From positions 992,001 through 1,056,000 of the forward strand of contig OY762825.2 in NCBI GenBank assembly GCA_963666425.2: DNA of 64,000 nucleotides. The letters run 5' to 3'. Below the pieces are notes generated by a model, which made no database searches, was not told the DNA's origin, and saw only the letters and a program-made list of their open reading frames with translations. The stretch is from Bacillota bacterium. Lineage in GTDB: Bacteria; Bacillota; JAAYKD01. The position numbers and the translations under genes were made by a program. This document shows, piece after piece, positions 48,884 through 58,582 of this stretch; the stretch's first letter is position 1; each line of letters starts with the position of its first letter.

Positions 48884-50200
48884 TCAGACTTTCTGACAAT
48901 TCTGCAGAGGGAGTTTTATTTCTTCACCCGATTCCAACCGGACAGCCAACAAAGCAATTTTCGCCCCTGCCACAGCAGCATCCTGTTCGGCAGTCAGTGC
49001 AACCACAACTGCGCTCTTGCCAAAGTGGGGCTGACGTACGATCACAACACGATCTCCCGGCTGCAAACTGCGATTTTCAGCGGGAGCTTCTTCGTAAATG
49101 GCATCCGGAGCAGCTGTCTGATTGGCAAACAGTATTTCCGGGCGAATCATGCCGGCGCGTAATTGCGTTTTCCCATCAATTGCCGCCCGTTTGCCAGCCA
49201 GACTTGCCAATTCCAGATAGCGCTTTTCAGACATGCTGCCGCTAAAACCCTGCATCAGAATTATGGTAAAGGGAAGATGCATACGATGTCCCATAATCTG
49301 CAGAGGTTCCTGTTGGCTGAATTCGCGCAAAATACTTGGCTGGATACTGCCGGCAATCAGACCGACCGCTCCGGCTTGCTCCAAACTTCTCAGCGCTTGC
49401 AACGTCACGCCGCGCCGAACCATGACGATCCTGTCATGTAAGTCATGCGCTACTTCTGCGGCGCTCAAATCCGCATCCTGCGATTTCAGCGGCAGCAGGA
49501 TACCATTCTGTTCCTGCCCAAACCCGATGATTCCCTGAAAACGAAAACCGTAACCATCGATGATAACTTCATCCTCACTGATCTGCCGAACCACTCCATC
49601 CAGATGTGCTCTGAATACCCTAGCTTGCTGCGGCATCACTTGCTTTGCTTTTGCCAGAGAAGCAGCCAGAAACGAAGCGACTACATCATGGCTAAAGAAA
49701 ATACCGCGATCCATTGCATCCGCTCCGCCGCTGGCAGCTTCTGAAGCGCTTTCTGGCTGAGCGATTTTTCTCAAAACGCTTTGCTTCACTTCCGCATCTG
49801 TGCTCTGCAGTGCTTCCCGGATAAAAATACTGCCCAGAATTTTTGAAACCAAAACGATATGGCCGGACACCGGACTTTTACAGCTTCTTTTCGTAAAGTA
49901 GGCATCTGTCACAACAAGAGGCTCCTCTTTGTTGATCCATTCTCCGCGTTGCTTTGTCATAGATTGCCAGACATCTGCTGCTTCGCAGCCCAATTCGAAC
50001 GCGACATTGCATCGAATCATGCGGCCGGGAATCGAATTGAGCTGACCGATGATGTCTTGGTCATCCACCTTTTGACCCGGTTGCACCAAAATCTCTGCCT
50101 GCCTTGGCAAATGCCGTCTGATTGTCAATTTTTGCTGCATCATTGCCTCCTTTGCGTGATCCATTCTGTGGTTTTCCAGAAATCTTTCCCATGATTCCAA
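48884..50200 (-). CDS. Conserved hypothetical protein with barrel-sandwich-hybrid-like repeats and a C-terminal KOW-like domain (GlmL-associated family)
   Basis: RRHLP...ILVQPGQKV, KSPVSG, QGIIGFG, IILMQGF, IDGKTQLRAGMIRPEI, LQPGDRVVIVRQPHFG. Confidence 0.75.
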   Translation of the reverse strand: MESWERFLENHRMDHAKEAMMQQKLTIRRHLPRQAEILVQPGQKVDDQDIIGQLNSIPGRMIRCNVAFELGCEAADVWQSMTKQRGEWINKEEPLVVTDAYFTKRSCKSPVSGHIVLVSKILGSIFIREALQSTDAEVKQSVLRKIAQPESASEAASGGADAMDRGIFFSHDVVASFLAASLAKAKQVMPQQARVFRAHLDGVVRQISEDEVIIDGYGFRFQGIIGFGQEQNGILLPLKSQDADLSAAEVAHDLHDRIVMVRRGVTLQALRSLEQAGAVGLIAGSIQPSILREFSQQEPLQIMGHRMHLPFTIILMQGFSGSMSEKRYLELASLAGKRAAIDGKTQLRAGMIRPEILFANQTAAPDAIYEEAPAENRSLQPGDRVVIVRQPHFGKSAVVVALTAEQDAAVAGAKIALLAVRLESGEEIKLPLQNCQKV

Positions 50201-50464
50201 CGGATTTTCTTACAGGCTTTGTTTCCCAGCAATTGACCATTTATGTCAATAATTATCATTTCTATTTGAGCCTGTGAGTTTCCTCTTCTTTACAATTATT
50301 TTTTAATTTCGTTCCTACTCGATTGTTATTCAAAAAAACGCTCCCCTTATGGCAAAATGTAATTTCCTCAAAAAATACATTTTGATTATAAGAAGAGCGT
50401 TATATTGTCTGCTTAAACTGCTTCATGTTTTTAACGATGACCCGAAGCACAAATAAGAAATATG

Positions 50465-50863
50465 TTATCGAACCACAGACTCGCTGACACAAGAGGTAAA
50501 TTCCAGCAATGTCTGCCCATCAAATACCTGCCCTGTAAAGGAAGTCCGATAAGTACCGGCAGTGACCGAACAGGATTCACTCATCTGCAATATATCGGAA
50601 TTCGCACTGTCACTCCAGGAATTGACTGAAATCCAAGAACCTGCTTGATACTTTTGTAACACCAATGCTGTTCGCAGAGTATGTGAATCTACCGTTTCAA
50701 AATTACCCGAACAGTATGCCGTGCCATTTGTATCAATTGACAGTGCCGTATAACAGCTCACAATATAAGTAAATCGCTGCAGTTCCAATTCCGCTGCATA
50801 AACTGAAGAAAAACACAAAGTTAAAATCAAACCAAGCAGAACCAAATAGCTAAACTTTTTCAT
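50465..50863 (-). CDS. Small secreted protein
   Basis: Signal peptide MKKFSYLVLLGLILTLCFSSVYA; last gene of the ECF operon. Confidence 0.7.
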   Translation of the reverse strand: MKKFSYLVLLGLILTLCFSSVYAAELELQRFTYIVSCYTALSIDTNGTAYCSGNFETVDSHTLRTALVLQKYQAGSWISVNSWSDSANSDILQMSESCSVTAGTYRTSFTGQVFDGQTLLEFTSCVSESVVR

Positions 50864-50880
50864 CAGGATTCCTCCATTCA

Positions 50881-51654
50881 TCATTCATACGAAATTTTAA
50901 TTGACTCGGCAAAAGCAATCAAGGTTTCTTTCTCTAAATTCGTTGCTACTAACACATACACTCTCTGATCGAACATCCACAATAAACTGACTCTGCTGCC
51001 TTTACAAATCAGCTGAGCGCGACTTTCGCCAAGCATAATTTCACTTACTTCAGCATTTTCTGTATCCAGCACAACGCCAGCCGAGGTTGGCATAAGCTGG
51101 AAACTGATCTTATCACCTGTAGTACGGAACACAAGCGACACGAGTGCAGGAGAATCGGTGATCGTATCCACCTGATACCCTTCCGGAAGCACGCCCCAGC
51201 TCAACACTCCTCCTGATTTTAGCTTTAACTGCCGATCCTTGGCTATCTGTGAGGCAGGGTCTGTCGATGTATCATCTGCGTTTTGTAAGGATTCATTTTC
51301 ACTTTGAAAATGATACTTCGTATATTGTGGAAACACTTGGTAATAAACATCATTGACGATCAAACGGAATGCTTCTACTTGCTGATAACCACCGATACCT
51401 AGCAGGATCACTAAAAACAAACCAGCAGTCACCATGGCCGCACGTCTGCCTAAAGTAAGCATGCTTTGCTGTAATACCGCCGTATGGATTTTTCGCTGCA
51501 TCTGCTGCAGTTCTGCCGGCGACAACTCTGCTTGCATGGCAGTGTCAAAAACAGCAGCGCGGCGCTGCACGATCACTTTGGCAGCTTCATTGAGCAGGAG
51601 CGCATCGCGGATCGTCAATTCCGGTATATCCGGGACCGGCTTATATTCATTCAT
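50881..51654 (-). CDS. Putative membrane anti-sigma factor (DUF4367-like)
   Basis: Single TM, VEAFR, LPEGY, LDTENA, L.W...Y, AESIK; directly follows the ECF sigma. Confidence 0.75.
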   Translation of the reverse strand: MNEYKPVPDIPELTIRDALLLNEAAKVIVQRRAAVFDTAMQAELSPAELQQMQRKIHTAVLQQSMLTLGRRAAMVTAGLFLVILLGIGGYQQVEAFRLIVNDVYYQVFPQYTKYHFQSENESLQNADDTSTDPASQIAKDRQLKLKSGGVLSWGVLPEGYQVDTITDSPALVSLVFRTTGDKISFQLMPTSAGVVLDTENAEVSEIMLGESRAQLICKGSRVSLLWMFDQRVYVLVATNLEKETLIAFAESIKISYE

Positions 51655-52204
51655 TCCTTTCACCTGCCATTTCTTCGTGAATCTGTTTCAGTTGATTGAC
51701 TGCCTTACTGATCCTTTTACTGACTGCACTTGCGGTGAGCTTTTTTTGCCGGGCGATTTCCTTCACCGGTAAGTCGAATGCAAACCGCAGCATGATATAG
51801 TCGACCGCATCCAGATCCTGTTTTTCCAATTGTTCCACTGCTTCTTGTAAAAGCATGGTATCGATGGAAGCATCCATATCGCTGAAAGACTCTGCCTGCA
51901 GATTGCTCGCTGCTTTTTCCGTAATGCGTTCTTGTTGTGCTTGCTTGGAAATCAGATCCATGAAAGCATTATGAGTCATCATGGCCAAATAGGCTTTTTG
52001 TTTTTGGCTTTCTTTTTGAGCCAATGCTTTGGTTATTTCAGGTTTCCTTGCTAAAATCAAAAAGACATCCTGGGCTGTTTCTAAGGCGATGTCCCTATTT
52101 TGGCTGAGCGCGTAAGCGATACTGAAAATATAGTTGCTATAAGTCTGAACAATTTGGTCCAGCAATTTTCTGTGGCTGGTTTGTAACAAAACCATCACCT
52201 GCAT
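51647..52204 (-). CDS. ECF-type RNA polymerase sigma factor (divergent)
   Basis: Region 2-like YIFSIAY...AQDVFL; region 4 LRFAFDLPVKEIARQKKLTASAVSKRISKA. Confidence 0.82.
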   Translation of the reverse strand: MQVMVLLQTSHRKLLDQIVQTYSNYIFSIAYALSQNRDIALETAQDVFLILARKPEITKALAQKESQKQKAYLAMMTHNAFMDLISKQAQQERITEKAASNLQAESFSDMDASIDTMLLQEAVEQLEKQDLDAVDYIMLRFAFDLPVKEIARQKKLTASAVSKRISKAVNQLKQIHEEMAGERNE

Positions 52205-52325
52205 TTCGGTTATTTTCTATCCTATTCTTTTTGCTGGACATAAAACCCTTTAATAGAATGAAGCAGCTAATCCCTCAATCTACGTTAGTTAACCTCCTCT
52301 CGTTCACTTTTCCTTTCACTATTAA

Positions 52326-52352
52326 GACGGAATTTGGCAGTGCGAAATTTCC
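52326..52352 (-). promoter_or_regulatory. Putative ECF promoter facing the sigma operon
   Basis: GGAAAT-N17-CGTCTTAATAG. Confidence 0.55.
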
Positions 52353-52482
52353 ATATTATTCTGTAGATTTTTAGATATTTTAGTTTTATTTGTGAAGAGA
52401 GTGTGCTAAGACAGAGAGTTCCTATTTGGTATGATACCAGCACTGGAAGAAATAGTATTATGTTGTAATTTTTTGTAATGTA

Positions 52483-52508
52483 GGAAATTTCTCTGTAAAA
52501 CTTCCGTC
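52483..52508 (+). promoter_or_regulatory. Putative divergent ECF promoter
   Basis: GGAAAT-N16-CGTCTT; shares GGAAATTTC...TTCCGTCTT with the opposite-strand copy. Confidence 0.5.
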
Positions 52509-52679
52509 TTGTTAATAAAGCAATTTAGTTCACACCAATTTACACCAATTTTTGCTCCTAAATGTATCCTGTTTCATTAAACATGTCTGACGTTATCATG
52601 ATTTTTCTAACTCATTTTCAAGGGTCGGCAAAAAGCTGTTTCTGCGGCAATTCAATTTAAAGAAAGAGGTGTATCTGAC

Positions 52680-52967
52680 ATGGTTATTTACCAATTGTGC
52701 AAGGTAATCGAAGGCCTTAATGACTACCCCAGTAATGATGAGCGCTCTTTTGGTTACTATCTCTCCCTGCAAAAAGCAGAAACCCATCCGGAATATCAGA
52801 AATATATCAAAGAAGAAACTGCCATCCAGAAGAAAAAAGCACAATATGCAGCCAGTTGGAGAATGCTCAGCGATAAAGATAGAATCGCATATTATCACGA
52901 CCTGAATGCAGAAGAAGCAAACTGCCATTTTTATTGGTATATTCGAGAAATCAGCGTGATTGAATAA
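52680..52967 (+). CDS. Small hypothetical protein
   Basis: RBS AAAGAGGTG, 95 codons, followed by hairpins. Confidence 0.6.
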   Translation: MVIYQLCKVIEGLNDYPSNDERSFGYYLSLQKAETHPEYQKYIKEETAIQKKKAQYAASWRMLSDKDRIAYYHDLNAEEANCHFYWYIREISVIE

Positions 52968-53063
52968 AAAGTGAGACAGGAGTCAAAACAAAACTCTCTT
53001 GAGATGGACCATCATCCATCCCAAGAGAGCACTTATTCTATGATAGAGTCAATTAAACAAACG

Positions 53064-53957
53064 CTATTCGTCCTCTTCCGTTTTGCGGAATATTTCATTG
53101 CTGATCTTCCTGCCGGTTTGAGTCGCAGCGATACCACCCATGGCAGTTTCTCTTAATTGCATCGGCAGCATTTTACCGGTTCGGAACATGGCGTCAATCA
53201 CTTCATCAAGCGGGATGATGCTGCGCTGGCCCGCCAAGGCAAAATCGGCGCTTAACAGGGCGTTGACCGCCTGGGACGCATTGCGCTGCGCGCAAGGTAC
53301 CTGCACCAAGCCGGCGACCGGATCGCAAATCAAACCCATGATGTTCATCAAAGCGAACGCAGCGGCATGCAAAGCCGCTTCTGCTGTGCCACCAGCCAGA
53401 TCAACGGCAGCAGCGGCTGCCATAGCTGCCGCCGCACCGCATTCAACCTGGCAGCCACCTTCCGCTCCGGCTACTGTGGCGTTGCGCATGATCACAGCAC
53501 CCAAACCGGCAGAAACCAGAAGCGCGTTGAACACAGCTTCTTGGCTGCTTTTTCTGCTTTCTGCTACCGTAATCAAGACTGCCGGAATGATACCGCAGGA
53601 GCCCGCGGTTGGAGCTGCACAGATCCGTCCCATGGCGGCATTGGTTTCCGAACAGGAGAGCGCCCTGGCCATCAGCAAATTGAGAAAATTGCCGCAAAGC
53701 GTATCACTTGTTTGCGCATAGTCATACTGGGTCTTGGCGATGCCTGTAATCAGTGATCCAACGGTATAAAGTGGTTTTTGCAAGGCTTTGGCGGCGGATA
53801 TCTGCATAATTTCATACGTCTTCTCCAGGTGCTGCATCACTTCTTCTTTGCTGCACTCGGTCAGCTGCATCTCATTTTCCAGGATAATTTCCGAAAGAGG
53901 CACTTGACGCTCTTTCGCTTCCAGCCATAACTCCGCTGCATTGTTATACATACACAT
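53064..53957 (-). CDS. sdaAA: L-serine dehydratase, Fe-S dependent, alpha subunit
   Basis: NAAMGRICAAPTAGSCG, AGAEGGCQ, GLICDPVAGLVQVPC, LRETAMGG. Confidence 0.95.
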   Translation of the reverse strand: MCMYNNAAELWLEAKERQVPLSEIILENEMQLTECSKEEVMQHLEKTYEIMQISAAKALQKPLYTVGSLITGIAKTQYDYAQTSDTLCGNFLNLLMARALSCSETNAAMGRICAAPTAGSCGIIPAVLITVAESRKSSQEAVFNALLVSAGLGAVIMRNATVAGAEGGCQVECGAAAAMAAAAAVDLAGGTAEAALHAAAFALMNIMGLICDPVAGLVQVPCAQRNASQAVNALLSADFALAGQRSIIPLDEVIDAMFRTGKMLPMQLRETAMGGIAATQTGRKISNEIFRKTEEDE

Positions 53958-53963
53958 ATTCTC

Positions 53964-54629
53964 CTATCTGCAATTGATGATCCGCACCCGAAAGATTTGC
54001 GGATAATTGCATAGAATCGCATTGACTTCGGGAGGAATAAAACTATCTGTTTCAATCATGCAGGAAGCGGTGCCGCCTTTGGCGCTGCGGCTCAGCTTCA
54101 TGACGCCGATGTTGATATTGAAATGCGCTAGTACCGCAGTGACGCTGCTGACAATACCCTTACTGTCCTGCTGGGTGATCAAAATAGCGGGGGAAGTGGC
54201 CGTATATTCCATGGCGAAACCATCCACTTCGGTGATGATAATCCGAGCGCCGCCCAAAGAGGAGCCGATGATGCTGCTTTCGCCGCCTTTGCTTAAATGA
54301 AAGACCATCTTGACTGTATTTTCATGCGCGCTCTCTAATTCAATCGTCTGAAAAGTATACAAAATCCCTTGTTCTTTGGCCAATTCAAAGGACGTGGCTA
54401 AGCGCTCGTCATCTTCACGTAAGCCCAGCACACCGGCGACCAAAGCCCGGTCGGTACCATGCCCTTTGTATGTTTTGGCAAACGAACCATGCAGATAAAA
54501 ATCAACTTTTGTAAAAGGCGCATCAACAATCTGGCGGGCTACAAAAGCAAGCCTGGCCGCACCCGCGGTATGTGAGCTGGAAGGTCCGATCATAACCGGT
54601 CCCAATACATCAAAAACACTGATATTCAT
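53964..54629 (-). CDS. sdaAB: L-serine dehydratase beta subunit (with ACT domain)
   Basis: VFDVLGPVMIGPSSSHTAGA, GSFAKTYKGHGTD. Confidence 0.95.
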   Translation of the reverse strand: MNISVFDVLGPVMIGPSSSHTAGAARLAFVARQIVDAPFTKVDFYLHGSFAKTYKGHGTDRALVAGVLGLREDDERLATSFELAKEQGILYTFQTIELESAHENTVKMVFHLSKGGESSIIGSSLGGARIIITEVDGFAMEYTATSPAILITQQDSKGIVSSVTAVLAHFNINIGVMKLSRSAKGGTASCMIETDSFIPPEVNAILCNYPQIFRVRIINCR

Positions 54630-54821
54630 CGTATTGATACCCCTTTCTAAAAGCAATCTTTGCCTTTTCTTACATTATAAGGGTTCACTCAGCGAATTGC
54701 AAGTGAGGGAAATTGGACTTACATCATTTGCCAAAGCCGAAGCCAGCTGCTGTCTGCCTAAATGAAAAACAGCTTCCATCATGCCGGATTTCGGCATGAT
54801 GGAAGCTGTTTTTTGTCGTTT

Positions 54822-56000
54822 CTAAATCAGTTTTTTTGCTTTGGCGGCCTCGTAGAGGCGCTGCAAAGCTTCTTCGATCACAAAAGTTGGGCAGGCAATG
54901 TTGATGCGTTCATAACCGCTGCCATCATCACCGAAAATATAACCTTCATCCGTAAACCAGAAGGCGTCATGCACCATGAAGTCTTCCAGCGCCTGATTAT
55001 CCAAACCGAATGCCTTAAAATCAAGCCACATTAGGTAAGTGCCTTCCAATGGGATGACTTTGATCATCGGCATCTTAGCGGCAAAGAACTGTTCCACTAC
55101 TGCGGCATTGTGGAAAATCAAGGCAATGCATTCGTCCAGCCAGCCTTCTGCTTGGGTATATGCCAGTTCGCAGGCTTTTTTGCCCAGCATATTGATACCG
55201 CGGGAGGTAAATTTGGCATACTGCTCGCGTAATTCCTTGTTGGGGATGATCACGTTGGAAGTCTGCAGACCAGCCAGGTTAAATGTCTTGGAAGGAGCGG
55301 TCAGCACGATACAATGCTGGGCGGCTTCTTCACTGATCGTAGCAAAGACAATATGTTTCATGCCCGGTTTGATCAAATCAAAGTGGATTTCATCCGAAAT
55401 AATCATGACATTGTTATCAATGCAGATGCGGGCTAATTTAGTCAATTCTTCCTTTGTCCAGACACGTCCGACCGGATTATGCGGGCTGCAAAGAATGATG
55501 GCTGTATTGGCCGGATCTTTGGCTTTCGCTTCCAGATCAGCATAATCCATCTCGTAGCGGCTGCCAACGAGCTTAAGAGGATTGTTGACCATGGTGCGGC
55601 TGTTCAGCTCAACCTGCATTTTGAACGGATAATAAACCGGCTGCTGCACGATAACACCGTCGCCGGGTTTCGTATAAGCTTGAACGGCTGCTCCTACGCC
55701 ACTGACCACGCCGGCGCTGAAGAGAATCCAATCTTTTTCTACCTTCCAATTGTGACGGCGCTGCATCCAGTCAATCAATGCCTGGTAATAGGCATCGCTG
55801 GTTGCCGTATAGCCTAAAATTGTCTCAGCAATATAGTCCTGTAAACCTTGCACGATCTCAGGTGCGTTCTTCAGTTCCATATCGGCGACAGACAATGGCA
55901 CAATCGTGTCCGGAACATTGGGATTCTTTACCTTCATCCCTGCCCATTTGGATGAACCCTGGGCATGACGATTGATCAGAGTTGTAAAATCATGCTGCAT
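54822..56000 (-). CDS. patB: MalY/PatB family PLP-dependent cystathionine beta-lyase
   Basis: SSKW, LSVADME, LCSPHNPVGRVW, SDEIH, APSKTFNLAGL, EGTYLMWLD. Confidence 0.92.
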   Translation of the reverse strand: MQHDFTTLINRHAQGSSKWAGMKVKNPNVPDTIVPLSVADMELKNAPEIVQGLQDYIAETILGYTATSDAYYQALIDWMQRRHNWKVEKDWILFSAGVVSGVGAAVQAYTKPGDGVIVQQPVYYPFKMQVELNSRTMVNNPLKLVGSRYEMDYADLEAKAKDPANTAIILCSPHNPVGRVWTKEELTKLARICIDNNVMIISDEIHFDLIKPGMKHIVFATISEEAAQHCIVLTAPSKTFNLAGLQTSNVIIPNKELREQYAKFTSRGINMLGKKACELAYTQAEGWLDECIALIFHNAAVVEQFFAAKMPMIKVIPLEGTYLMWLDFKAFGLDNQALEDFMVHDAFWFTDEGYIFGDDGSGYERINIACPTFVIEEALQRLYEAAKAKKLI

Positions 56001-56119
56001 AGTAATAGCCTCCTGTTGAATTTTTTTATTCTTTTTATCTAATCACTTTTTGCTTGCTTTGTCAAGTTTTTTTAAAAACTATAAAATTAAAACTGCTGCC
56101 AAATCCCTTCTTGCACCGC

Positions 56120-56458
56120 TCAAATCGTGATGATAGAAGCATTGCTTTTCAGCAATTCCGTCAAAGGTTTTCCCCAGGGAATTACTTCCACATTCAGCGC
56201 CTGCAGTTGTTCAACGACACCAAATTGGGTGGCGCAGGCGATGCAAGCAGACAGCTTTACACCGCTTTGTCTTGCTAGTTCCATTTTATCCTGAATGGAT
56301 TGGTCTTCTGCGGCAAGTTTTGCCGAAGCACCCCAAATAATCACGGTAACTTCACTCCACCAACCTTTGAGCTTACTGTTGATCGCATACATAAAAACCA
56401 TGAGGTGCGCCGTATTGACATCATTTGTTGTCCATAAAATATAAAGATGATCGTTCAT
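56120..56458 (-). CDS. DsrE family protein
   Basis: LYILWT...MVFMYAINS...WW..V.VIIWGAS, ACIACA. Confidence 0.8.
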   Translation of the reverse strand: MNDHLYILWTTNDVNTAHLMVFMYAINSKLKGWWSEVTVIIWGASAKLAAEDQSIQDKMELARQSGVKLSACIACATQFGVVEQLQALNVEVIPWGKPLTELLKSNASIITI

Positions 56459-56515
56459 GTTCTCCTGCCTGCTTTCTGTCGTGTTGCTATCTGACCCGAA
56501 GTAGAATTCATGCGC

Positions 56516-57835
56516 TTACCGGACGACTACACCAACCAAACCACCCTGCCGCAGGCTCGTGATGCGTACCGTCACCAATTCGCCGCCTTTGCCAAGTTTG
56601 CCTTCGAACACTGCCTGCACACGTAGATATTTGTCGCTGTAGCCTTCCGCAAGCCCATTGCGGCTGCTGTTTTCTTCCAAAAGCACCTGCACTTCTTTAC
56701 CAATAAAAGTTTTTGCATAAGCGGCAGCCATTTGATCGGCTAAACCGCGCATTTGTTTGCTGCGCGTCTCCTGTACCTCTTTTGGGATCTGATCCGGTCT
56801 TTTAGCGGCAGGTGTACCTTTGCGGGCCGAATAACGAAAAATATGCATGCGGCTGAACTGCATTTCCCGGCAGAAGGCCAGGGTTTCAGCGACCTCACTT
56901 TCCGTTTCACCGGGAAAGCCGACAATCAGATCCGTGGTCAGCGCTAGACCGGGTAATCGCTCGCGTAAGCGGCTGACCAGCTGACGGTAGTAAGCAGTAT
57001 CATAATGGCGGTTCATGCGCTGCAGCACCCCGTCGCTGCCGCTCTGCAGCGGAATGTGCAGATGACGGCAGAATTTAGGCTCGTTTGCCACAAAATCGAT
57101 GAATTCCTCATTGACATCCAACGGTTCAATCGAAGAAATACGCAGACGGCGCAGGTCTTGCACCTTGGCTAAGGTTTGCAGTAATTGGGTCAGATTGCTT
57201 TTTGGCGTAAAATCACGGCCCCAGGAAGAGAGGTTGATGCCGGTCAGGACTACTTCTTTATAACCCTGTGCCGCCAGAGCAGTCGCCTCCTGCAGCACAT
57301 GCTGCAGCGTTCGGCTGCGCTCCGGTCCCCGCAAATAGGGGATGATGCAATAACTGCAGTAATTGTTGCAGCCTTCCTGAATCTTGATCATCGGCCGGCT
57401 ATAATCGGCCTGATCGCTGCCCGGCAGTTCTTCAAATATTTCTTTTTCCTCAAATGGCCGCACCAGAGAAAGCACAGTTTGATTGGTTGTTTGCTGTTCC
57501 TCTTCTTTTAACTGCTGCAAAAGGTTGAGACGGTCTGCAGTACCGACGATAAATTTCACCCCTGGCATCGCGGCAATCGTTTCCGGCTCCAGTTGCGCAT
57601 AGCAACCCATCACCACAATCTGTGCCTGCTCGTTGCGGCGGTGCGCCTGGTGAATCTGCTGACGCGATTTCGCTACGGCCTGCTGCGTGACCGCGCAGGT
57701 ATGCACCAGATATAAGTCCGCTTCCTCTTCCCAGGCTACCATGGTATAACCGGCGCTTTTCAACTGCCCGGCAATGCTTTCACTTTCATATTGATTGACT
57801 TTACATCCTAAGGAATAAACAGCTGCGCGCTTCAT
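56516..57835 (-). CDS. mtaB: tRNA t6A37 methylthiotransferase
   Basis: LGCKVNQYES, HTCAVT, KIQEGCNNYCSYC, TRAM-like C-terminus; follows rsmE. Confidence 0.93.
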   Translation of the reverse strand: MKRAAVYSLGCKVNQYESESIAGQLKSAGYTMVAWEEEADLYLVHTCAVTQQAVAKSRQQIHQAHRRNEQAQIVVMGCYAQLEPETIAAMPGVKFIVGTADRLNLLQQLKEEEQQTTNQTVLSLVRPFEEKEIFEELPGSDQADYSRPMIKIQEGCNNYCSYCIIPYLRGPERSRTLQHVLQEATALAAQGYKEVVLTGINLSSWGRDFTPKSNLTQLLQTLAKVQDLRRLRISSIEPLDVNEEFIDFVANEPKFCRHLHIPLQSGSDGVLQRMNRHYDTAYYRQLVSRLRERLPGLALTTDLIVGFPGETESEVAETLAFCREMQFSRMHIFRYSARKGTPAAKRPDQIPKEVQETRSKQMRGLADQMAAAYAKTFIGKEVQVLLEENSSRNGLAEGYSDKYLRVQAVFEGKLGKGGELVTVRITSLRQGGLVGVVVR

Positions 57836-58582
57836 CTAAAAACTCTCCATTTCATGATAATGATACAAGACCATGGTGCAAAAAGCCATGGCTGCCGTTT
57901 CCGTCCGCAGGATGCGCGGTCCGAAGGAAACCGAAGTTGCTCCGGCTCCAACGGCTGCAGCGGCTTCCTGCGCTGTCAAGCCGCCTTCCGGTCCGACGAT
58001 CAGAGCCATGCACTGGGGCCGGGGTATCGTCTGCAGCACCGGCAGCAAACTGTTCGCCGTTTCTTTTTCCCAAGCCAGCAGCACGCTGTCATAAGAAGTG
58101 AGCTGCTGCAGAAAACGTTCATAGGGTATCGCTTCCAACACGGCCGGGCATTTACCGCGCTGCGATTGTTCCGCCGCTTCCTGCACAATTTTTTGCCAGC
58201 GTTCCTGTTTTTTCTCCTGCTCAGCACTTTTGATCTGGACCACCGTGCGCTCACTAATCAGAGGCTGGAAACTGCTGACTCCCAGTTCGGTGCATTTCTG
58301 CAGAATAAAATCCCAGCGTTCTCCTTTGGGCAAGCATTGCGCCAGAGTGATCTGCAGATGCGGTTCGCTATGTTCCTCTGTCACCGCCACGATTTCCCCG
58401 ACAGCCAGCGCTGCCTCCAGGGTTTGCAGGACAACACGATAAAGCTGCCCCCGCCCGTTGGGACAAAGAATTTCATCCCCAGCTTGCATGCGCAGTACTT
58501 TTGCCATATGATGGGCATCTTCAGCCTTGAGGAAAACCTGATTTGCCCTGATCTGTGCGTCGGTTATAAAAAAGCGTGTCAT
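57836..58582 (-). CDS. rsmE: 16S rRNA m3U1498 methyltransferase
   Basis: HMAKVLR, QKCTELGV, EAAEQS, VGPEGG, GPRILRTETA. Confidence 0.95.
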   Translation of the reverse strand: MTRFFITDAQIRANQVFLKAEDAHHMAKVLRMQAGDEILCPNGRGQLYRVVLQTLEAALAVGEIVAVTEEHSEPHLQITLAQCLPKGERWDFILQKCTELGVSSFQPLISERTVVQIKSAEQEKKQERWQKIVQEAAEQSQRGKCPAVLEAIPYERFLQQLTSYDSVLLAWEKETANSLLPVLQTIPRPQCMALIVGPEGGLTAQEAAAAVGAGATSVSFGPRILRTETAAMAFCTMVLYHYHEMESF

